A stretch of DNA of 55,326 nt from Candidatus Kurthia equi. Its GTDB lineage: Bacteria; Bacillota; Bacilli; Bacillales_A; Planococcaceae. The DNA is taken from assembly GCA_018065935.1 (NCBI GenBank), contig JAGHSJ010000021.1, forward strand, positions 1 to 55,326. The letters are read 5' to 3'. The translations under genes were made by a program, and so were the position numbers. Positions 49,305 to 55,326 of the stretch are shown one piece after another; the first letter of the stretch is position 1, and each line of letters starts with the position of its first letter. The notes below the pieces were generated by a model. The model did no database searches, was not told where the DNA came from, and worked only from the letters and a program-made list of their open reading frames with translations.

Positions 49305-50152
49305 GCTATTCATATGCCAAAAATACACCATTTGAAAAAAGAGCTCTTTATGATGTAAATTTGGAGATTTCAACTGGAAGCTACTATGCCATCATTGGTC
49401 ATACAGGCTCAGGAAAATCAACAATCTTACAGCATTTAAATGCATTGCTAAAACCAACAGAAGGCCAAGTACAAATCGGTTCAAAAACAATTATTGCTGG
49501 TAAGAAGGAAAAAGATTTACGAGAAGTACGTCAAAAAGTAGGAATTGTTTTTCAATTTCCAGAGCACCAGCTATTCGAAGAAACGGTATTGAAGGATATT
49601 TGCTTTGGGCCGATGAATTTTGGTGTATCTGAAGAAGATGCTAAAGAGCGTGCACATGCGCTAATTAAGCTTGTAGGCTTAGATGAAACTATCCTAGAGA
49701 AATCACCATTCGACCTCTCAGGTGGACAAATGCGACGTGTAGCAATAGCAGGTGTACTTGCTATGGAGCCAGAAGTTCTTGTACTTGATGAACCAACTGC
49801 TGGATTGGATCCTCGTGGGCGTCAGGAAATCATGGAACTATTTTATTCCTTGCATAAGGAAAAGAATCTAACGATGATTTTAGTCACACATAGTATGGAA
49901 GATGCCGCACGATATGCAGATGAAATAACCATTATGCATGATGGTTACAGCGTGATGAATGGAACACCGCGAGAAGTGTTTAGTAACGCAGATAAGCTTA
50001 AAGAGTATCGTTTAGAAGTTCCTCATATCATTCAATTTCAAAAGACCTTAGAAAGCCGTCTAGGGATTGAATTTGACAGATTAAGCTTAACTGAAGAAGA
50101 AATGGCTATAGCAATTGGTCAAGTTGTTCGACAGGAGCGTGATCAATTATGA
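49280..50152 (+). CDS. ecfA2: ECF transporter ATPase A2
   Basis: GHTGSGKST, FQFPEHQLF and LSGGQMRR motifs. Confidence 0.95.
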   Translation: MDIKLQKVGYSYAKNTPFEKRALYDVNLEISTGSYYAIIGHTGSGKSTILQHLNALLKPTEGQVQIGSKTIIAGKKEKDLREVRQKVGIVFQFPEHQLFEETVLKDICFGPMNFGVSEEDAKERAHALIKLVGLDETILEKSPFDLSGGQMRRVAIAGVLAMEPEVLVLDEPTAGLDPRGRQEIMELFYSLHKEKNLTMILVTHSMEDAARYADEITIMHDGYSVMNGTPREVFSNADKLKEYRLEVPHIIQFQKTLESRLGIEFDRLSLTEEEMAIAIGQVVRQERDQL

Positions 50153-50949
50153 TGGAGAAAATGATATTTGGTCGTTTTATACCAGGAGATTCATTCGTTC
50201 ATAAGATGGACCCGAGGGCTAAACTTTTATTTGTTTTTGCATTTATTGTTATCGTATTTTTAGCCAATAATATAGCAGGATATATTTTACTTGTAGCCTT
50301 TACGCTCGTAGTAATTTTATTATCACGTATAAAACTATATTTTTTAATTAACGGACTAAAACCAGTACTAATTTTAATGATTTTCACACTCTGTTTACAT
50401 GTGTTTTTCACTAAAGGTGGAGATGAACTGGTCAATTGGGGAATTATTCACATTTATGAAGAAGGTCTGAAGCAAGGTATATTCATTTCAATTCGATTTT
50501 TAGTACTTGTATTCATGACGTCGATTCTAACATTGACTACATCGCCTATTTCGATTACAGATGGGTTAGAAACATTATTGAACCCATTGAAAAAAATAAA
50601 ATTACCTGTACATGAGCTAGCATTGATGATGTCAATTGCACTTCGTTTTATCCCAACATTGATGGATGAAACAGATAAAATTATGAAAGCTCAAATGGCA
50701 CGTGGCTCAGATGTGACATCTGGTCCAATAAAAGAACGAGTTAAAGCGGTCGTCCCTCTATTGATTCCTTTGTTTATTAGCGCATTTAAGCGTGCGGAAG
50801 ATTTAGCAACTGCGATGGAAGTAAGAGGTTATCGTGGAGGAGAAGGCCGAACACGTTATCGTCAATTAACTTGGGGATTCCGTGATACAATGGCATTATT
50901 ACTAGTCGTTATTTTAGCGGCTGCATTAATTTATTTGAGAATGAACTAG
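50149..50949 (+). CDS. ecfT: ECF transporter transmembrane T component
   Basis: DPRAKL, AQMARG and AMEVRGY motifs. Confidence 0.95.
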   Translation: MMEKMIFGRFIPGDSFVHKMDPRAKLLFVFAFIVIVFLANNIAGYILLVAFTLVVILLSRIKLYFLINGLKPVLILMIFTLCLHVFFTKGGDELVNWGIIHIYEEGLKQGIFISIRFLVLVFMTSILTLTTSPISITDGLETLLNPLKKIKLPVHELALMMSIALRFIPTLMDETDKIMKAQMARGSDVTSGPIKERVKAVVPLLIPLFISAFKRAEDLATAMEVRGYRGGEGRTRYRQLTWGFRDTMALLLVVILAAALIYLRMN

Positions 50950-50964
50950 GAGACTTGCATAACG

Positions 50965-51717
50965 ATGAAAAGAAGAATGAGAGCAACAATCGCATATGAT
51001 GGGACACTATTTTCAGGCTATCAAGTACAGCCAAATCAACGAACTGTACAAGAGGAAATTGAAAAAGTTTTAACCATAATGCATAAAAGTGATGAGATTG
51101 TCCATGTGACAGCAAGTGGTCGAACAGACGCGCGTGTCCACGCAACTGGTCAAGTGCTACATTTTGATACGACACTGTCCATTCCCCTTGATCGTTATGC
51201 ACACGCATTAAACGTTCAACTCCCTAGAGATATACGAGTTTTAAAAATAGAGGAAGTTGCACCAGATTTTCATGCCAGATATAGTGTTCATGGAAAGCAA
51301 TATCGTTATATTTGGTCGTGCGAAAAAGTGCAAAATCCCTTTAGACGTTTTTATGCAACACCCACCAATGGGGTGTTACCAAATGTCGAAGCAATGAAAG
51401 AAGCAGCACAGTATATTTTGGGTACACATGATTTTTCATGCTTTTGTGCAGCAAACACAAGCGTGGTAGATAAAGTACGTACAGTGTCGGCAATTGAGTT
51501 TGAATGGCATGGCGAGGAATTGCATATGACCATAGCGGGAAATGGCTTTTTATATAATATGGTACGCATTATTGCGGGCACATTATGGGAAGTAGGGATA
51601 GGTAAAAGAAACTCAGCACAGCTGGAAGAAATTATCGCCTCTATGGACCGTAGTAAAGCTGGTAAAACAGCGTCAGCACAGGGTTTGTACCTAGAAAAAG
51701 TTGATTATCCAGAGTGA
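50965..51717 (+). CDS. truA: tRNA pseudouridine(38-40) synthase
   Basis: YDGT, SGRTD, HDFS and GFLYNMVR motifs. Confidence 0.97.
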   Translation: MKRRMRATIAYDGTLFSGYQVQPNQRTVQEEIEKVLTIMHKSDEIVHVTASGRTDARVHATGQVLHFDTTLSIPLDRYAHALNVQLPRDIRVLKIEEVAPDFHARYSVHGKQYRYIWSCEKVQNPFRRFYATPTNGVLPNVEAMKEAAQYILGTHDFSCFCAANTSVVDKVRTVSAIEFEWHGEELHMTIAGNGFLYNMVRIIAGTLWEVGIGKRNSAQLEEIIASMDRSKAGKTASAQGLYLEKVDYPE

Positions 51718-51749
51718 AACAACATCACCTGGCGTTTTTCGCAAAGTAC

Positions 51750-51830
51750 TTGACTTAAGTTGAAATATATTATAAGATGACATATGGTATTTTCATTACC
51801 CCACAAGATAAGCCCCGAATCTTAACTTTT
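51750..51830 (+). promoter_or_regulatory. rplM promoter and L13 leader
   Basis: TTGACT-N16-TAAGAT-like promoter followed by conserved ACCCCAC..TAAGCCCCG element. Confidence 0.6.
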
Positions 51831-51892
51831 GAGGATAAAGAAAACAATTGGAACAGAATAATAGAACAATTAGTTAGTAGGAGGATACTATA

Positions 51893-52330
51893 ATGCGTAC
51901 AACATTCATGGCTAAAGGTCACGAAGTAGAACGTAAATGGTTAGTTGTAGACGCTGAAGGCCAAACTCTTGGTCGCTTAGCTTCAGAAGTAGCTGCTATT
52001 TTACGTGGTAAACATAAACCAACATTCACACCAAACGTTGACACAGGTGATCACGTTATCATCATCAACGCTGAAAAAATTCATTTAACTGGTAACAAAC
52101 TACAAGGTAAAATTTACTACCGTCACACTCAATACTCAGGTGGTTTAAAAACTCGTACAGCTGGTGAAATGAAAGAGAAATACCCAACTCAAATGTTAGA
52201 GCTTGCTATCAAAGGCATGCTTCCTAAAAACTCTTTAGGTCGCTCAATGTTCGGCAAACTTAACGTTTACACTGGTGCAGAGCACCCACATGCAGCACAA
52301 AAACCAGAAGCTTATACGCTTCGCGGATAA
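51893..52330 (+). CDS. rplM: 50S ribosomal protein L13
   Basis: [15 protein letters not shown] and HPHAAQKP motifs. Confidence 0.99.
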   Translation: MRTTFMAKGHEVERKWLVVDAEGQTLGRLASEVAAILRGKHKPTFTPNVDTGDHVIIINAEKIHLTGNKLQGKIYYRHTQYSGGLKTRTAGEMKEKYPTQMLELAIKGMLPKNSLGRSMFGKLNVYTGAEHPHAAQKPEAYTLRG

Positions 52331-52351
52331 TCAATAGAGGAGGATACACCC

Positions 52352-52744
52352 TTGGCACAAGTTCAATATATCGGCACAGGTCGTCGTAAAAGCTCAACTG
52401 CCCGCGTACGTTTAGTACCAGGCGAAGGCACAATCATCATCAACAACCGCGACGTTGAAAACTACGTCCCTTTCGCAACTTTACGCGAAATTATTAAACA
52501 ACCATTAGTAGCTACAGAAACTTTAGGTAGCTATGACATTCACGTAAACGTGAATGGTGGTGGATACACTGGTCAAGCTGGCGCAATTCGTCACGGTATC
52601 GCTCGCGCGTTACTAAACGTTGATCCAGATTTCCGTCCAGCTCTTAAATCAGCAGGATTACTTACTCGTGACCCTCGTATGAAAGAACGTAAAAAACCAG
52701 GTCTTCGCGGCGCTCGTCGTGCACCTCAGTTCTCAAAACGTTAA
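52352..52744 (+). CDS. rpsI: 30S ribosomal protein S9
   Basis: GTGRRK and PQFSKR motifs. Confidence 0.99.
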   Translation: MAQVQYIGTGRRKSSTARVRLVPGEGTIIINNRDVENYVPFATLREIIKQPLVATETLGSYDIHVNVNGGGYTGQAGAIRHGIARALLNVDPDFRPALKSAGLLTRDPRMKERKKPGLRGARRAPQFSKR

Positions 52745-52767
52745 TCATCCGATTATCATCGAGTTCA

Positions 52768-52802
52768 AAAAATCTCTTCACTTCGGTGGAGGGATTTTTT
52801 TT
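52768..52802 (+). terminator. Intrinsic terminator after rpsI
   Basis: AAAATCTCTTCAC-TTCG-GTGGAGGGATTTT stem with UUCG loop and T tract. Confidence 0.88.
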
Positions 52803-53028
52803 GGATTTTTAATGGTTAAATGTTTAATAGGACAACGAAACAATTTAAAATTGCTATTACAATGAATAAACTAAAAAATGCATAACAATATATGATTTCT
52901 TATAAAGTCTATAGCAGAAAACTTTTTAATTAGAATGGAAAGTTCATAGGACAAAATATGAATAGTTTTTATATGTGTTGTGTTATACTGAAAATTGATA
53001 TTGATATATAAATTAGGGAGTGTTATAA

Positions 53029-54087
53029 GTGATTAATGAACAACAAGTTCGTGAATTAGTTGGAACTTTAAAAGATCCTTTTTTACATAAAACATTGGCT
53101 GAAACTGAAGGTATTCTTGAAGTTTCTATTAAAGAAGAAAAAGAGCATGTTAGTGTAAAAATTGCGGTAGCTAAAACAGGTACACCAGAACAATTGAATC
53201 TTCAAATGGAGATTGTTAATTCATTAAAAGGTGCAGGAGCGAAATCTGTCGGAATTCGTTTCTCTGAATTAGATTCTTCGGTATTAGATAAATTCCGTGG
53301 GGAAGCAACTCGCTCAGAAGCGCAAGATATGCTTTCACCATTGAACGATACGAAATTTATTTGTATTGCATCAGGTAAAGGTGGCGTAGGTAAATCTACT
53401 GTCTCTGTTAACCTTGCAGTTGCATTAGCGCGTTTAGGTAAAAAGGTTGGATTAATTGATGCTGATATCTACGGTTTCAGCGTTCCAGATATGATGGGTG
53501 TTCAAACAATGCCTAAAGTAGTGGATGACCGTATTTTCCCAGTTGAACGCTTTGGTGTAAAAATGATTTCTATGGGATTCTTCGTAGAAAACAATGCGCC
53601 AGTTGTATGGCGTGGTCCAATGTTAGGTAAAGTATTAGACCAATTCTTCCGTGATGTTGAATGGGGCGAATTAGATTATCTTCTATTAGATTTACCACCA
53701 GGTACAGGTGATATCGCGCTTGATATTCATCAAATGCTACCTGAATCAAATGAAATTATCGTTACTACACCACATCCAACTGCAGCTTTCGTTGCAGCAC
53801 GTGCCGGTGCAATGGCGATTAAAACAGATCACCACATTATCGGTGTAATCGAAAACATGTCTTGGTTCCAATCTGATGTATCAGGCGAAAAAGAATATGT
53901 ATTCGGTAAAGGTGGCGGCCAAAAATTATCTGAGGAATTACGTGCAGATTTATTAGGTCAGATTCCACTAGGCCAACCAGAGATTATTGAAGCAGACTTT
54001 GCTCCATCGGTTTATGCTCGTAATCACTCAACAGGTCAGTTATATATCGACATTGCGCAAAAAGTAATCGATCAATTAGATAAATAG
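53029..54087 (+). CDS. mrp: Mrp/NBP35-family P-loop ATPase (SalA/ApbC-like)
   Basis: SGKGGVGKST, DADIYG, VVWRGPM and DLPPGTGD motifs. Confidence 0.93.
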   Translation: MINEQQVRELVGTLKDPFLHKTLAETEGILEVSIKEEKEHVSVKIAVAKTGTPEQLNLQMEIVNSLKGAGAKSVGIRFSELDSSVLDKFRGEATRSEAQDMLSPLNDTKFICIASGKGGVGKSTVSVNLAVALARLGKKVGLIDADIYGFSVPDMMGVQTMPKVVDDRIFPVERFGVKMISMGFFVENNAPVVWRGPMLGKVLDQFFRDVEWGELDYLLLDLPPGTGDIALDIHQMLPESNEIIVTTPHPTAAFVAARAGAMAIKTDHHIIGVIENMSWFQSDVSGEKEYVFGKGGGQKLSEELRADLLGQIPLGQPEIIEADFAPSVYARNHSTGQLYIDIAQKVIDQLDK

Positions 54088-54092
54088 TGAAC

Positions 54093-54127
54093 AAAGACAG
54101 TCAAACTTTTCGGTTGGCTGTCTTTTT
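54093..54127 (+). terminator. Intrinsic terminator
   Basis: AAGACAGTCAA..TTGGCTGTCTT plus T tract. Confidence 0.8.
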
Positions 54128-54210
54128 ATACCCAAAAATAGGTAAATGAATAGTATAATGGAATAAATGAGAAAATATACTTTGAATCTACTATATAAGG
54201 GGGTACAACA

Positions 54211-54897
54211 GTGACGATTCGAAATTGGGTTCGCTTTTTTATTAATTCATTATTAATCGGTGGAGCTATTACAGGTATAGTGAGTTTAATTATACGTTGG
54301 GAAGATTTTTATAGCCCATATTTTGCTAATGGTGAATGGAAAGAAATCATTGCAGGTTTTTTGTGGTTTGTTGTATTAGGTTTTACGATGAGTGTAGTAG
54401 CTCAAACAGGTTACTTTGCTTATTTAACAGTTCATCAAATAGGAGTTAACTTATTTAAATCTTTAACTTTATGGAATTGGGTTCAAATTTTATTGATGAT
54501 TGTTACAATTGTAGACTTAATTATTTTTAGATTTAAACCACAGGCATCAAGTTTTGGTGATTGGATGTACTATTTAGGCTTACTTGCAATTCTATTAGTA
54601 GTTGGTGTATTCACGGCTATGAAAAAAGTGAGTCTAACCGGAAAGAAACATGTATTTATTTCTGCATTATTTTTCATGATTGTTGTCAGTTCGTTGGAAT
54701 GGTTAATCGGTTTATGGGTACGATCTTCAAGTGGAGATGCATATATTGCTTTGTTGTTATTCCCAATAATCAGCGTTAACATGTATCAACTATTGATTTT
54801 ACCTAAATACAATGCGAAATCTGAAGCAGATATTGCTAAACGCGCAGAAAGAAGAAAGCTACGTAAAGAGCAACAAATGAACTTAGGTGCCAAATAA
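54211..54897 (+). CDS. kbaA: KinB signalling pathway activation protein KbaA
   Basis: NWVRFF, SVVAQTGYFAYLTVH, LWNWVQ and ALFFMIVV motifs; synteny near mrp and rrn. Confidence 0.85.
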   Translation: MTIRNWVRFFINSLLIGGAITGIVSLIIRWEDFYSPYFANGEWKEIIAGFLWFVVLGFTMSVVAQTGYFAYLTVHQIGVNLFKSLTLWNWVQILLMIVTIVDLIIFRFKPQASSFGDWMYYLGLLAILLVVGVFTAMKKVSLTGKKHVFISALFFMIVVSSLEWLIGLWVRSSSGDAYIALLLFPIISVNMYQLLILPKYNAKSEADIAKRAERRKLRKEQQMNLGAK

Positions 54898-54908
54898 TAG
54901 GAATGGTT

Positions 54909-54941
54909 GAAAGCTTCTCATTTAGAGGAGCTTTCTTTCTT
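54909..54941 (+). terminator. Intrinsic terminator after kbaA
   Basis: GAAAGCTTCTC..GAGGAGCTTTC plus T-rich tail. Confidence 0.75.
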
Positions 54942-54962
54942 TAGATATTATTTAAGATAATG

Positions 54963-55175
54963 TTGACAGAGCACTATATTGAGCGTATAGTTATAAAAGT
55001 TGACTCGGTAAGTCGTACAGAAAGTTATGAAAGAGTTTTTAAACTACTATAATTAGTTGTTGACTTCTAAGAGAAGATAAGTTATAATTTTATAAGTCGC
55101 TAACAAGTGACGCTAACAACTTGAAAAAAGAAATGAAAAAAGTTCTTGACAAGCAAGTTAATAAAATGTTATGAT
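54963..55175 (+). promoter_or_regulatory. Three tandem SigA promoters of an rRNA operon
   Basis: TTGACA-N17-TATAGT (54963), TTGACT-N17-TATAAT (55060), TTGACA-N18-TATGAT (55146), with A/T-rich upstream tracts. Confidence 0.8.
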
Positions 55176-55199
55176 AGTTAAGTTGCTAACAAGCGACGT

Positions 55200-55326
55200 A
55201 ACATGAACCTTGAAAACTAAACAATCATGAAGTTAATCAATATAAAGTCTTATTCACTTTTAAATAAGTGGTAAGCAAACAAAAGTCTTTCTTTTTAAGA
55301 AAGCAACAAGCAGTTAGTTACTTGTA
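55200..55326 (+). other. 5' leader of a 16S rRNA precursor; mature 16S lies beyond the window
   Basis: GAACCTTGAAAACTAAACA, the conserved Firmicute rrn leader/processing-stem motif, after strong tandem promoters. Confidence 0.75.

Overview
AT-rich low-GC Firmicute (Bacillales) core-genome segment. Gene order and gene losses suggest a Planococcaceae/Caryophanaceae member such as Kurthia; this is inference. Layout: a small accessory islet (membrane protein, corA, an unannotated 53-aa Cys-rich peptide, an ECF-promoter-driven DUF4870-like gene); ctsR-mcsA-mcsB-clpC-radA-yacL-ispD-ispF-gltX; Cys T-box, cysS-mrnC-rlmB-rae1-sigH; rpmG-secE-nusG-rplKAJL-rsmC-rpoBC; the str, S10, spc and alpha clusters; ecfA1A2T-truA-rplM-rpsI; mrp-kbaA; and the promoter/leader of an rRNA operon. 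No mobile genes, CRISPR array or defence system are visible, and no novel multi-gene system is supported. The points of interest lie in the intergenic DNA: two decayed genes still readable in place (map between adk and infA; ybxF/L7Ae between rpoC and rpsL), loss of cysE with a promoter downstream of the T-box terminator, the 53-aa peptide upstream of corA, a structured RNA after rplQ with two box C/D-like motif pairs, removal of spore genes around kbaA, and three tandem rrn promoters.
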